A DNA stretch of 50,276 nt from Thiotrichales bacterium (GTDB lineage: Bacteria > Pseudomonadota > Gammaproteobacteria > CAZUMV01). The notes below the pieces were generated by a model. It made no database searches, was not told the DNA's origin, and saw only the letters and a program-made list of their open reading frames with translations. The stretch lies in contig DTYI01000244.1 of the NCBI GenBank assembly GCA_012961935.1, positions 1-50,276 on the forward strand. The letters are read 5' to 3'. Made by a program: the position numbers and the translations under genes. This document shows, in pieces, positions 38,815-48,820 of this stretch; position 1 is the stretch's first letter; each line of letters begins with the position of its first letter.

Positions 38815-40168
38815 GACAGAATCGTTTGACGAAGCACCTTCGCTTGAGATTGACGAACAGATCATCGAAGAAGCCCGGCAGGAAAATACCGAGCGCGCCT
38901 CGTCTCGCGGGCGGCGTTCAGGTTCGGCTGCCTTCCTGTCATTTCTCGCTTTGCTGCTGGCAGGTGGCGGCATTGCCGCAGGTTATTACATTTACGATAA
39001 AGAAATCAAACCACTGAGTAAGCTGACTGGTAAGCTAAGTGAGTTGCGCGAATTTACCGCCAGCAAGCAGTCGCTGGGTGATGTGCAACAGCAGTTACAG
39101 GAAATCAAAGAAAGTAACCAGGCACTGCAATCAAATCTGGCCAATACGGGAGGTGATTACCAGTCTCTGGAAGCCAGCCTTAACGAACTTCGCCAGCAGG
39201 TCAGTTTTGGGCAACGGGAGCGGTCGTTGGCTGAGGTGGAGTATTTACTGAACATCGCCAGAGACAGACTGCAATATATGCATGACAGTCATACTGCTGC
39301 CGCAGCGTTACGGGGCGCCTTAAAGCGAATTGATGCCATGGCTGACCCGAGCCTTGGCCTGTTGCGCAAACAGATTGCAGATGATCTGCAGGCGGTTGAG
39401 GCCTATCAGCCAGTTGCTGCGGAACAGGTTTTACAAAACCTGACGGAGGTTGCTTCTGGTCTGCAGCCTTTGCCTGAACCACTCCAAACCAGACAACCAG
39501 AACAACAAGCTTCAAAGCCGCTCAAAGAAAAGGGGTTGAAAGAGCTTTGGTCATCTTTTAAACAGTCATTAGCCGGACGGGTGCGAGTAGTCAAACACGA
39601 CGAGCCTCTGAACGCGCTCAAGCAACAGGGCGTGGCCAGCTATAAAATTGACATCCTGAATTTGCGTATAGAGATTTTGCGTCTGGCTTTGCTGCGAAAT
39701 GATCTGGCCAGATTCAAACAGGAGCTGAAAAGTCTTGTAACGTGGGCAGATTCGTCGCTACCAAAAGAACAGGCAGAATCTATTGCCAGCGAAGTGGTTG
39801 CGTTGGAGCAACTCCAGTTTCCACTTTTGCCACAGATTCAGGCAACCGTTTCTGGTTTGCAGGTTCAGCAAGATTCAGAAGCACATGCTATTCAGCAACC
39901 TGATTTTCAACAACAGGATGCAACGACTGAACCAATAAAAAACCGCGTAACATCAGAACCAACTCCTGTAGAGATTGAACCCGAAACGGATGTTACAGGC
40001 AGGGCTGACGCGCCAGCAGAGCCTTCGACAAACATGCATCCCCAGCAGGCAACTGACGAACCGACAGTTTCAGAAACCATGAGACAGGAAGCCGCACCTG
40101 AAGAACTTATCAAACTGCAGGAAATGCTTGAACAGATTGAGGCCGCAGGAAAACAGGGAGTCCACTGA
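38798..40168 (+). CDS. hemX: HemX-type membrane protein (coiled-coil, single TM)
   Basis: The track ORF begins at 38759 inside hemD. An in-frame GTG at 38798, preceded by AGGAG, is more plausible. The protein has one TM segment (FLSFLALLLAGGGIAAGYYIY) and a long coiled coil. Confidence 0.75.
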   Translation: MSENNKTESFDEAPSLEIDEQIIEEARQENTERASSRGRRSGSAAFLSFLALLLAGGGIAAGYYIYDKEIKPLSKLTGKLSELREFTASKQSLGDVQQQLQEIKESNQALQSNLANTGGDYQSLEASLNELRQQVSFGQRERSLAEVEYLLNIARDRLQYMHDSHTAAAALRGALKRIDAMADPSLGLLRKQIADDLQAVEAYQPVAAEQVLQNLTEVASGLQPLPEPLQTRQPEQQASKPLKEKGLKELWSSFKQSLAGRVRVVKHDEPLNALKQQGVASYKIDILNLRIEILRLALLRNDLARFKQELKSLVTWADSSLPKEQAESIASEVVALEQLQFPLLPQIQATVSGLQVQQDSEAHAIQQPDFQQQDATTEPIKNRVTSEPTPVEIEPETDVTGRADAPAEPSTNMHPQQATDEPTVSETMRQEAAPEELIKLQEMLEQIEAAGKQGVH

Positions 40169-40169
40169 A

Positions 40170-41354
40170 ATGAGAGTCTTATTCATACTCCTCGCTGTTT
40201 TGCTGGTAACGGCAGTTGTGACATTACTTGCCCTGAACAATCCAGGTTACGTCATGCTGGGCTATGGCAAGACCAGTCTGGAAATGCCGCTGATCGATTT
40301 TCTGGTGATCCTTGCGGGCGCGTTTTTGGCATTTTATTTTCTGGTCCGGTTTTTAACTTTAATGAGAAAAACTCCTAAAAAACTGCGCGGCCTGCGGGAG
40401 AAAAAACAAATCAATAAATCCCGAAAAGGACTGACGCATGGCTTGATTGAAATGGCTGAGGGTAACTGGGCCAAAGCCGAGAAGCAGCTTGTCAGCTCAG
40501 CAAAAACAGGTGATACGGCCATGCTAAATTACCTGGCGGCGGCACACAGCGCCGAGCGCCAGAATGCCAGTGATCGGCGTGACGAATATCTGCGGCTGGC
40601 CAGTGAAACCAGTCCGGATGCCAGGGTTGCAGTTGGCCTGACGCAGGCTGAATTGCAGATTCGTCAGAAACAATACGAAGAAGCGCTCGCCAGCTTGCAG
40701 CAGCTTGAAGAAATTGCGCCTAAACATCCACAGGTACAGAAACAACTGGCAAAATTGCTGTATCAATTGCAGGACTGGGACAGGCTCTATGAAATGTTGC
40801 CCGGGCTGAATAAAAACCAGATTATCACCACAGAAGAGTTCAATAAAATTCAAAAAGATGTCGCAACCGGCCTGATTGAACAAACGGGCCAGACGGGAGA
40901 TGCTGCCGGGCTTGATGAGCTCTGGAAGAATCTGCCCAAATCCGCGAAACAAGAGGCGGAAATAATAGCAGCATACACACGGCAGCTTATCCGGGTGGGC
41001 GGGTCAGAACGCGCGGAACCGCTGTTGCGGAAAAGTCTGAATCATCAATGGGACGACAGATTGGCAGCTGTGTACGGATTGTTGCAGCTCAATAACCCCA
41101 AACCGGCACTCAAACAAACCGAAAAATGGTTGCACGATCATTCTGACAGCGCGGATCTACTGATGGCGGCAGCCCGGTTCAGCGCCCAGGCCAAACTGTG
41201 GGGGCAGGCACGCAGCCTGTATCAGGAAAGCCTCAATCTAAAACCACAGCCACGCACCTACGCCTTCATGGGAGAACTGCTGGAAACGATGGGTGAGGCC
41301 GAGGCGGCCAGAACCGCATATCAAACGGGTTTGAAACTGGTAACGCAAGGCTAA
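40170..41354 (+). CDS. hemY: HemY-type TPR membrane protein
   Basis: ATG 40170 lies 1 nt after the hemX stop and is preceded by GGAG. The N-terminus MRVLFILLAVLLVTAVV begins two TM segments, followed by TPR-like repeats. Confidence 0.8.
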   Translation: MRVLFILLAVLLVTAVVTLLALNNPGYVMLGYGKTSLEMPLIDFLVILAGAFLAFYFLVRFLTLMRKTPKKLRGLREKKQINKSRKGLTHGLIEMAEGNWAKAEKQLVSSAKTGDTAMLNYLAAAHSAERQNASDRRDEYLRLASETSPDARVAVGLTQAELQIRQKQYEEALASLQQLEEIAPKHPQVQKQLAKLLYQLQDWDRLYEMLPGLNKNQIITTEEFNKIQKDVATGLIEQTGQTGDAAGLDELWKNLPKSAKQEAEIIAAYTRQLIRVGGSERAEPLLRKSLNHQWDDRLAAVYGLLQLNNPKPALKQTEKWLHDHSDSADLLMAAARFSAQAKLWGQARSLYQESLNLKPQPRTYAFMGELLETMGEAEAARTAYQTGLKLVTQG

Positions 41355-41372
41355 AAAGTCCCTGGCGTTCCG

Positions 41373-41570
41373 TTAACCTAAATTAATCAGTTGGACAGCG
41401 TGTAGAGTGGTTCTGCCAGCTTGATTGGCGTAGCAAAAAAATAAGGGAATGGCCGCTCTACATGCTGTAGCGCCTTCACCGAACAGGTGAGCTTCGGCGT
41501 ATTCGGAAAAGTTAATATGTTCATATACATAACCATAGTCTTTAGCGGTCAACTGATTAATTTAGGTTAA
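41373..41570. repeat. 198-bp element bounded by perfect 21-bp inverted repeats (MITE-like or long structured terminator)
   Basis: TTAACCTAAATTAATCAGTTG (41373-41393) is the exact reverse complement of CAACTGATTAATTTAGGTTAA (41550-41570). A nested imperfect stem pairs 41398-41410 with 41453-41465. The right arm overlaps the last 3 codons of putA. Confidence 0.6.
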
Positions 41571-44500
41571 AGTCAGCAAGCTGACATTTCCGCCCTGCGC
41601 TGTTGTATTAATCGTTGTTACCCGTTCAGTAGCGAAGCGTTGCAAATAGTGTAGGCCACCTGCCTTGGGCCCGGTTCCGGATAAGCCTTCACCGCCAAAA
41701 GGCTGAACACCCACGACCGCACCGATCTGGTTGCGGTTGACATAAATATTACCAACTTTAAGTTTTTTTGTGAGCGATTCAATGGTTGAATTGATGCGAG
41801 AATGTATACCCAGCGTTAAACCATAACCCGATTGATTAATACGATTGATGACCGCGTTGAGTTCGTTTGCAGCATAGCGGACGATGTGCAGGATGGGGCC
41901 GAAAGTTTCGCCTTGCAGTTGTTCAATACCGCTGATTTCAAATACACAGGGCGCAAAAAACAGGCCGTTGTTACAGTTTTTCGGCAGCGTACATTGAAAA
42001 ACCAGTCTGGCGCTCTGCTTGAATTCAGTGAAATGCTTTTCCAGTATGGTAAGCGCATCCTTATCAATAACCGGTCCAATATCCGTGCCGAGTAAACCCG
42101 GATCACCGATGCGCAATTCCTGCATGGCGCCGATTAACATTTCAATGGTTTGATCTGCAATGTCATCCTGCAGATAAAGAACACGCAGCGACGAACAACG
42201 CTGTCCGGCACTTTGAAAAGCAGAGCCCAGGACATCCGTAACCACCTGCTCGGTCAGTGCTGAGGAGTCAACGATCATGGCATTCAGCCCGCCGGTTTCA
42301 GCGATCAGGGGAATGACCGGGCCGGTTCTGTTTGCCAGTTTTTGCGAAATCATTCTGGCCGCATCGAACCCGCCAGTAAAAGCGACTCCGGCTATTTGCG
42401 GCTGCGAGATTAATGCACTGCCCACGCCCGGGCCATCACCCGGTAGCAAATGTAAAACCTGATTCGGGATGCCAGCCTGGTGCATGAGTGTGGTCGCAAA
42501 ATGCGCGACAAGCGAACTTTGTTCCGCTGGTTTTGCAACGACTGAATTGCCTGCTGCCAGTGCAGCTGTAATTTGCCCGGTAAAAATCGCCAGCGGGAAA
42601 TTCCACGGGCTGATGCAGGCGAACACACCACGACCGTGCAGATGGAGTGTGTTGCTTTCGCCAGTTGCGCCGGGGAGGTTCATAGGCGAAGCAAATTCAG
42701 CGCGGCATCGAAATGCATAGTAGCGGCAAAAATCGACGGCTTCACGCACTTCAGCAACGGCATCCGCAATCGTTTTCCCAGTTTCCCTGATCACCAAAGC
42801 CATCAGTTCAGGTGTGTGGCGCTGATAAAGTTCTGCAATACGTTCCAGGTAACGGGCGCGTTTTTCTGCTGCAATTTTGTCCCACCCTGTTGCAGATTCT
42901 GCCGCAACGTTCACGGCTTTAATGATCTCTTCGCGACAGGTATTAACGATGCTTCCAACTATGCGGTTGCTGTTTGCCGGATCATAAATGGATGCTGATT
43001 TGCCAGTAATATTTTCTCCGGCAATGATCGGGGTCGCCTGATAAGGTTGTTTAAACGAGGCCTCCAGATCTTGTTGCAAGGCACGTAAAGTTTGCCGGTC
43101 ACTTAAATCGAGCCCTTTTGAATTTTCACGTTGTGGTTTGAACAATTCGCCTGGCAGGGGAATTTTCGGGTGTGAAATGGTTTTTAATTTGCCAATGGCT
43201 TCAACCGGGTCTTCGACAATTTTTTCAATCGGCAACTTGTCATCCACAATCCGGTTGATAAAAGAGGTGTTGGCGCCGTTCTCCAGTAACCGGCGCACCA
43301 GATAGGGCAGCAAATCACCATGACTGCCAACCGGCGCATAAATGCGGCAACGTGGCGATTTATTTTTACCCACAAGCTGTTCGTATAATGTGGCACCCAT
43401 GCCATGTAGTCGCTGGAATTCATAATCACGCTGGTCGCCGGCCATTTCCATCACCGCAGCTACCGTGTGTGCGTTGTGACTGGCAAATTGCGGGTAGATT
43501 AAACCGTCGGCAGCGAGCAACCGTTGCGCACAGGCAAGATAGGAAACATCGGTATTTATTTTTCGGGTGAATACCGGGTAGCCATCCAGACCAGCCTGTT
43601 GTGCATGTTTGATTTCAGTGTCCCAGTAGGCACCCTTGACCAGACGTACCATCAGATGGCGGTGATTTTTTTTCGTCAGTTGTTCCAGCCATTCAATCGC
43701 AGGGAAAGCGCGTTTTTGGTAAGCCTGCAAAGCCAGTCCCAGGCCATTCCAGCCGTTAAGCGTGTCATCAGCCATGATCGCTTCGAGGATATCAAAAGAC
43801 AGATCCAGCCTGTCGGCTTCCTCGGCATCAAGAGTAAGCGAGATAGCGGCCTGTTTTGCCATCCGCGCCAGCTCAATAATCCGCGGCAACAGTTCGCGCA
43901 TTACCCGTCCATGCTGGCTGAATTCATAGCGCGGATGCAGGGCGGATAATTTAATCGAAATACCGGGTCGGCTTTTTATGTCATCGGCGTGCGTGGCCGC
44001 GCCAATTTTTGTTATCGCATTACGGTAGGCCTGAAAATAAGTCTCTGCATCGGCCGACGTGTGTGCGGCTTCACCGAGCATGTCGAAGGAATAGGAGTAG
44101 CCCTGCTGGATTCTGGTTTGTGCACGCCGCAAGGCTTCATCAATGGTTCGCCCCAGTACAAATTGCCGCGCGATGATGCGCATGCCCTGGGCAACAGACT
44201 GACGAATAAGCGGGTCACCGAGGTTGGCAGAAAGTTTTTTCAAAATAGTGTTGAGCGGTTTATCAGCATAATCCTGAAGATGAATGACCTGACCGGTCAG
44301 CACCAGTGCCCAGGTCGAGGCATTGACGAATACAGAATGGCTTTCGCCCAGGTGTTTTTCCCAGTCTGCACCGCCGATTTTATCAGCGATCAGTTTATCT
44401 GCGGTTGCCAAGTCGGGAATGCGCAAAAACGCTTCAGACAGGCACATCAGCATCACGCCTTCCTCGCTGGAGAGATCATACTCGTGCATGAAAGCATCCA

Positions 44501-44744
44501 GGCTGCCACTCATCGTTCTGCGTCGTCGAATTTCTTTCACCAGTTCGGTTGCGCTGTGTTGAATTTTTGTCTGGCTTTTTTTTGTTAAATGAATTTTTTC
44601 AAGCAGCGATTTGACAACATCTGCTTCATCCGCCCGGTAATTGCGATTAATTTCAGTGCGCAAAGGATCATGGAGAACTGGACGATCAGCAAGAAGCGGG
44701 ACAGAAGGTTCTGCGTTAAATGCGCGTTCGGTTTTAAGCGTCAT
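41562..44744 (-). CDS. putA: Bifunctional proline dehydrogenase / P5C dehydrogenase
   Basis: 1060 aa with a PRODH barrel followed by an ALDH domain (FTGG...ETGGLNAMIVD, GQRCSSLR). I saw no N-terminal ribbon-helix-helix domain. Confidence 0.92.
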   Translation of the reverse strand: MTLKTERAFNAEPSVPLLADRPVLHDPLRTEINRNYRADEADVVKSLLEKIHLTKKSQTKIQHSATELVKEIRRRRTMSGSLDAFMHEYDLSSEEGVMLMCLSEAFLRIPDLATADKLIADKIGGADWEKHLGESHSVFVNASTWALVLTGQVIHLQDYADKPLNTILKKLSANLGDPLIRQSVAQGMRIIARQFVLGRTIDEALRRAQTRIQQGYSYSFDMLGEAAHTSADAETYFQAYRNAITKIGAATHADDIKSRPGISIKLSALHPRYEFSQHGRVMRELLPRIIELARMAKQAAISLTLDAEEADRLDLSFDILEAIMADDTLNGWNGLGLALQAYQKRAFPAIEWLEQLTKKNHRHLMVRLVKGAYWDTEIKHAQQAGLDGYPVFTRKINTDVSYLACAQRLLAADGLIYPQFASHNAHTVAAVMEMAGDQRDYEFQRLHGMGATLYEQLVGKNKSPRCRIYAPVGSHGDLLPYLVRRLLENGANTSFINRIVDDKLPIEKIVEDPVEAIGKLKTISHPKIPLPGELFKPQRENSKGLDLSDRQTLRALQQDLEASFKQPYQATPIIAGENITGKSASIYDPANSNRIVGSIVNTCREEIIKAVNVAAESATGWDKIAAEKRARYLERIAELYQRHTPELMALVIRETGKTIADAVAEVREAVDFCRYYAFRCRAEFASPMNLPGATGESNTLHLHGRGVFACISPWNFPLAIFTGQITAALAAGNSVVAKPAEQSSLVAHFATTLMHQAGIPNQVLHLLPGDGPGVGSALISQPQIAGVAFTGGFDAARMISQKLANRTGPVIPLIAETGGLNAMIVDSSALTEQVVTDVLGSAFQSAGQRCSSLRVLYLQDDIADQTIEMLIGAMQELRIGDPGLLGTDIGPVIDKDALTILEKHFTEFKQSARLVFQCTLPKNCNNGLFFAPCVFEISGIEQLQGETFGPILHIVRYAANELNAVINRINQSGYGLTLGIHSRINSTIESLTKKLKVGNIYVNRNQIGAVVGVQPFGGEGLSGTGPKAGGLHYLQRFATERVTTINTTAQGGNVSLLTLT

Positions 44745-45004
44745 AATGTCTCCGGTTTTCCAGTTTTTTTACTGGGCCAGCAGATAAAAAATTTTATTTG
44801 TCTATTTCAAGAATAGTACAAACCCACCAACCTGAAATTATTCATAAGGGAATCTCTAATCAGTGCATAAACAAGCACCTTGCAGATTTTGAAAGTGTGT
44901 TATTTCAGCGACACAGTTCTACTAATTACCGGACAACGAGCGTGCATATTTTTCTTTCTGCAAGACGTATTTATTACAAGTCTTGCTAAAGAAGGAAGGC
45001 GTAT

Positions 45005-45979
45005 GTGTCTACTTCAATAACACAATTAGCCGCGGCGTTTCCGGACAATGAGAGACCGCATAAAAATACCTCACGGGTTATGGTTACTTTATTGGGTGCG
45101 GCATGGGATCTGGGCGCGCCATCTTTTGGTTCGTCCACCGCAGCAGACATATTTTTCAAGCACTCGCGTTGCCAGGGTTACCCCTGGAAGAAAGTTGGAA
45201 AGCAGCAGGGCTTTTTACGAACTGCCCAGACATTAAAAAATACCGCCGTCGTCCCACAAATAGCGCCTTTGTGTTTACAACTTGCCAGACGGGTAAGTGA
45301 CGCACTGAACCAGCAACGAAAATTTGTGGTAATTGGTGGCGACCATAGTTGTGCAATTGGTACCTGGAATGGTGTTGCTCATGCACTTGGTCAGAAAGGA
45401 AGCTTTGGCCTGATCTGGATCGATGCACATCTCGATTCGCATACTCCAGACACTTCGGCTTCGATGCGGCTTCACGGCATGCCGCTGGCCGTTCTGCTGG
45501 GTTATGGAGATCAACGATTGACCAGGCTGTTGTCAACGAAGCCGGTTATTCACCCCGGCACAGTTTGTGTGGTTGGCGCGCGCAGCTATGAAGCGCCAGA
45601 ACTTGAACTCCTGCAGCGGTTAGGTGTGCGCATTTTCTTTATCTCGGAAATCCAGAAACGGGGGCTGAATAAAGTGATAGCTGAAGCCGTGGACATTGCA
45701 AGTTCAGGCTCGGGAAAGTTTGGCATCAGCATTGACCTTGACGTGTTAAATCCAGAGCAGGCTCCTGGTGTGAACACGCCTGTCGTTTACGGGTTGAATG
45801 CAAAACGTCTTGTGCAAACCCTGCGGCCACTGTCTGAAAACCCGGGTTTGCTCGGGGTGGAAATCGCAGAATTCAATCCCGTGCTGGATCGCAAAAACCG
45901 GACATTAAAAATTATTGAGGCACTGTTGTTCTCACTTTTTCCGCGACTCGAGGAGGTGACTGATGCACAACCTCATTGA
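45005..45979 (+). CDS. rocF: Arginase (ureohydrolase family); GTG start in the track, alternative ATG at 45080
   Basis: The Mn-ligand motifs are GGDHSCAIG, IWIDAHLDSHTP and SIDLDVLNP. The LHGMPLAVLLG motif is arginase-like. An ornithine aminotransferase gene overlaps it downstream. Confidence 0.8.
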   Translation: MSTSITQLAAAFPDNERPHKNTSRVMVTLLGAAWDLGAPSFGSSTAADIFFKHSRCQGYPWKKVGKQQGFLRTAQTLKNTAVVPQIAPLCLQLARRVSDALNQQRKFVVIGGDHSCAIGTWNGVAHALGQKGSFGLIWIDAHLDSHTPDTSASMRLHGMPLAVLLGYGDQRLTRLLSTKPVIHPGTVCVVGARSYEAPELELLQRLGVRIFFISEIQKRGLNKVIAEAVDIASSGSGKFGISIDLDVLNPEQAPGVNTPVVYGLNAKRLVQTLRPLSENPGLLGVEIAEFNPVLDRKNRTLKIIEALLFSLFPRLEEVTDAQPH

Positions 45980-47189
45980 ACTTGAAAGAAAATATTGCGC
46001 CGATAATTATGCGCCCTTACCGTTTGTGTTGACGCGTGGTGACGGTGTTTATGTCTGGGATACCGAAGGCAGGCAATACATGGATATGATGAGCGCTTAC
46101 TCGGCAGTCAGTCACGGGCATGTGCACCCACGACTGATAAAAGCTCTGCGTGAACAGGCAGAACAATTGACTGTCGTCTCGCGCGCATTTCATACGGACA
46201 AGCTCGGTGCTTTTCTTAAAAAAGCCTGTTTGCTGACGAGCATGGACAAAGCCCTGCCTATGAACAGTGGTGCAGAAGCCGTTGAGACAGCATTAAAAGC
46301 TGCTCGTAAATGGGCCTACAAAATAAAAGGAGTGGAAAAAGATAAAGCGAAAATTATTGTCTGCGAAGGAAATTTTCACGGCCGTACGATCAGCATTATT
46401 TCATTTTCATCAGAGCCACAATACCGGGATGGTTTTGGCCCGTTGACACCGGGTTTTAAAATGATTCCCTATGATGATACTGCCGCTCTGGAGGCGTCCA
46501 TCACCGCGAATACCGCTGCTTTTCTGGTCGAACCCATCCAGGGCGAAGGCGGTATTATCGTCCCTGAAACGGGCTATCTATCCCGCTGCGCTGAAATTTG
46601 CAAAGATAATAATGTCCTGTTGCTCTGCGACGAAATCCAGACCGGTCTGGGGCGCACCGGTCGAATGCTCGCCAGTGATCATGAACACGTAAAGCCGGAT
46701 GGTATCATGTTAGGTAAAGCGCTCGGTGGTGGTTTATTGCCTGTTTCTTTGTTCCTCGCGCGTGAAAATCTCATGGATGTTTTCCAGCCCGGCGATCACG
46801 GCAGCACTTTCGGCGGCAACCCACTGGCAGCCGCAGTGGGACTGGAAGCATTAAATACCATCGTCGATGAACATCTGGAGGAACGAGCAGAAACCATGGG
46901 GGATTATTTCATCCGCAAGCTACGTGAAATAAAGAGTCCACTAATCAAGAAAATTCGTGGCAAGGGTCTGCTGATAGGAGTTGAAATTGACACCCGGCAA
47001 GTGAGCGGCGCCCATGCCTGTGCGGTTCTGGCAGAGCACGGTATCCTGACCAAAGACACCCACGAAAATGTGATACGTTTTTCGCCGCCTCTGATTATTA
47101 ATGGTTTTCAGATTGACTGGGCAGTTGAGCAAATAGAAAAAAGCCTGGGGAAGCTGGAAACGCAGGACTGGAAAAAAGCTGCGGGCTAG
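45963..47189 (+). CDS. rocD: Ornithine--oxo-acid aminotransferase
   Basis: 408 aa, class III aminotransferase. Motifs are NYAPLPFVLTRGDGVYVWD, LCDEIQTGLGRTG and LGKALGGG. Confidence 0.85.
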   Translation: MHNLIELERKYCADNYAPLPFVLTRGDGVYVWDTEGRQYMDMMSAYSAVSHGHVHPRLIKALREQAEQLTVVSRAFHTDKLGAFLKKACLLTSMDKALPMNSGAEAVETALKAARKWAYKIKGVEKDKAKIIVCEGNFHGRTISIISFSSEPQYRDGFGPLTPGFKMIPYDDTAALEASITANTAAFLVEPIQGEGGIIVPETGYLSRCAEICKDNNVLLLCDEIQTGLGRTGRMLASDHEHVKPDGIMLGKALGGGLLPVSLFLARENLMDVFQPGDHGSTFGGNPLAAAVGLEALNTIVDEHLEERAETMGDYFIRKLREIKSPLIKKIRGKGLLIGVEIDTRQVSGAHACAVLAEHGILTKDTHENVIRFSPPLIINGFQIDWAVEQIEKSLGKLETQDWKKAAG

Positions 47190-48226
47190 GTTCTGCCGCT
47201 GATTGCTTTGAGTGTGTCTGTGCTGAATTCGAAGCTGTCATAAAACAGATGTTCCTGATCAACGCCGCGTAATGCAAACGCTTTTTTTGCTGCTTCGATC
47301 ATCGGTGGTGGGCCGCACATGTAGACATCGTGTGCGGATAAATCCTTGAAATCATCTGCAACGGCATCGTGCACAAAGCCAGTACGGCCTTGCCAGTTAT
47401 CAACCTCATCGGGTTCGGACAATACTGGAATAAAGTGAATGTGCTCATGTTCCTGCGCCCATTTTTCAACCAGCTCGCGCTGATACAAATCGGCTGTGGC
47501 GCGTACACCCCAATAAAGTGTGATGGGTTGTTGCAGACCCATTTCAATGGCCTGCTCGATCATTCCCTTTGCGGGGGCAAACCCGGTCCCGCCCGCCATC
47601 ATGATGATCGGCCTTTCGCTGTCATCACGGAGGAAAAAGCTGCCCAGCGGACCCTTGATCCGCAGCAGGTCTTTTTCTTTTATGCCGTGAAAAACGCGTT
47701 CGGTAAAATCGCCACCCGGCACTTCACGAATGTGTAATTCCAGAAATTCATCATGGCCAGGCGAATTAGCCAACGAAAAACTACGGGCGCGCCCGTCCTT
47801 GAGCAGAATGTCGATGTACTGCCCGGCCAGAAATTGCAGCCGCTCGCTGGCGGGCAGTTTCAGGTGCAGCATCATGACATCGGGTGCGAGTTTTTCCATT
47901 TTGATGATGCGGGTCGGCAGCGTTTTAACGGCAATATCCTTTGCCGCGCCAATCTCTTTAACCTCAATTTCGAGATCTGACAATGGCCGCGCCTGGCAAA
48001 ACAGCGCCAGTCCTTTTTCGTGGTCTTCTTCACTCAAGCCCAACGGCCATTCATCAGGGTAGGCTACTTTCCCTGCCAGTACTTTTCCGGCACAGGTTGT
48101 ACAGGCACCATCGCGGCAACCATAAGGGAAAGCAAAGCCGTGATGCAGGGCGGCATCAAGGATTTTTTCATTAGCCTCCATTTCGAAAACATGGCCGCTG
48201 GGCTGGATAGTGATTTTAAAACTCAT
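47186..48226 (-). CDS. 2Fe-2S ferredoxin fused to an FAD/NAD(P)H oxidoreductase (family often annotated CDP-6-deoxy-delta-3,4-glucoseen reductase)
   Basis: 346 aa with the N-terminal plant-type ferredoxin motif CRDGACTTCAGKV...C. The FNR-like module has RSFSLAN and MAGGTGFAP. Confidence 0.8.
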   Translation of the reverse strand: MSFKITIQPSGHVFEMEANEKILDAALHHGFAFPYGCRDGACTTCAGKVLAGKVAYPDEWPLGLSEEDHEKGLALFCQARPLSDLEIEVKEIGAAKDIAVKTLPTRIIKMEKLAPDVMMLHLKLPASERLQFLAGQYIDILLKDGRARSFSLANSPGHDEFLELHIREVPGGDFTERVFHGIKEKDLLRIKGPLGSFFLRDDSERPIIMMAGGTGFAPAKGMIEQAIEMGLQQPITLYWGVRATADLYQRELVEKWAQEHEHIHFIPVLSEPDEVDNWQGRTGFVHDAVADDFKDLSAHDVYMCGPPPMIEAAKKAFALRGVDQEHLFYDSFEFSTDTLKAISGRT

Positions 48227-48304
48227 CAGGGGAAAGACTGGATAAACAGCCGCACATTCTCGCTGATTTCGGGCAAAAGAAAAACCGGTAGAAATATGCA
48301 GTTA

Positions 48305-48820
48305 TTACTGGATTCTCCGACCCTGACGGAAATGTCTGCGCCAGTATCCTTTTTCCAGAGAGGAGCGCACCACGCCTTTTTTGCTGGAAACATGAATGAA
48401 AGTGCCATCGCCGAGATAGATGCCAACATGGTTGGGGTAGGTGTCAGGGCGGAAAAAAACCAGGTCACCGGCTTGTAAACGATTGTAACCGATCGCTTTG
48501 CCGCGCTTGCGTTGTGCCCTTGTGGTGCGTGGCAGTTCAATGCCGTACAGTTTGCGATAACCTCGCTGCACATAGGCGGAGCAATCAATACCCCTGCGAC
48601 TGTTACCACCCAGCCGATGCGGTGTACCGACCCAGCCCTGATGCCAGGACAGCCATCTTTGTTTTTGTTGGTCTGAGCTTTTTTTTGTAGTGGGTTTTTC
48701 TGCTGGAGCAGGCTTATCAATTACGGCAGGTTTTTCTGTTGCAGCAGGTTTGTCTGTCGTTGCGCAGCCAGAAAGCAGCAGCAAGCCAGTCAATAGTGAA
48801 TAAAGTATAGGTTGTTTCAT
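48305..48820 (-). CDS. NlpC/P60 (C40) peptidoglycan endopeptidase lipoprotein
   Basis: 171 aa with the lipobox LLLSGC. The catalytic contexts are GIDCSAYV, HVGIYLG and IHVS. Confidence 0.88.
   Translation of the reverse strand: MKQPILYSLLTGLLLLSGCATTDKPAATEKPAVIDKPAPAEKPTTKKSSDQQKQRWLSWHQGWVGTPHRLGGNSRRGIDCSAYVQRGYRKLYGIELPRTTRAQRKRGKAIGYNRLQAGDLVFFRPDTYPNHVGIYLGDGTFIHVSSKKGVVRSSLEKGYWRRHFRQGRRIQ

Noticed and set aside
41394-41546. 50-codon minus-strand ORF (MVMYMNILTFPNTPKL...) inside the inverted-repeat element
   Set aside because: It has no RBS, a low-complexity start and no recognisable motif. It is probably a chance ORF in structured non-coding DNA.
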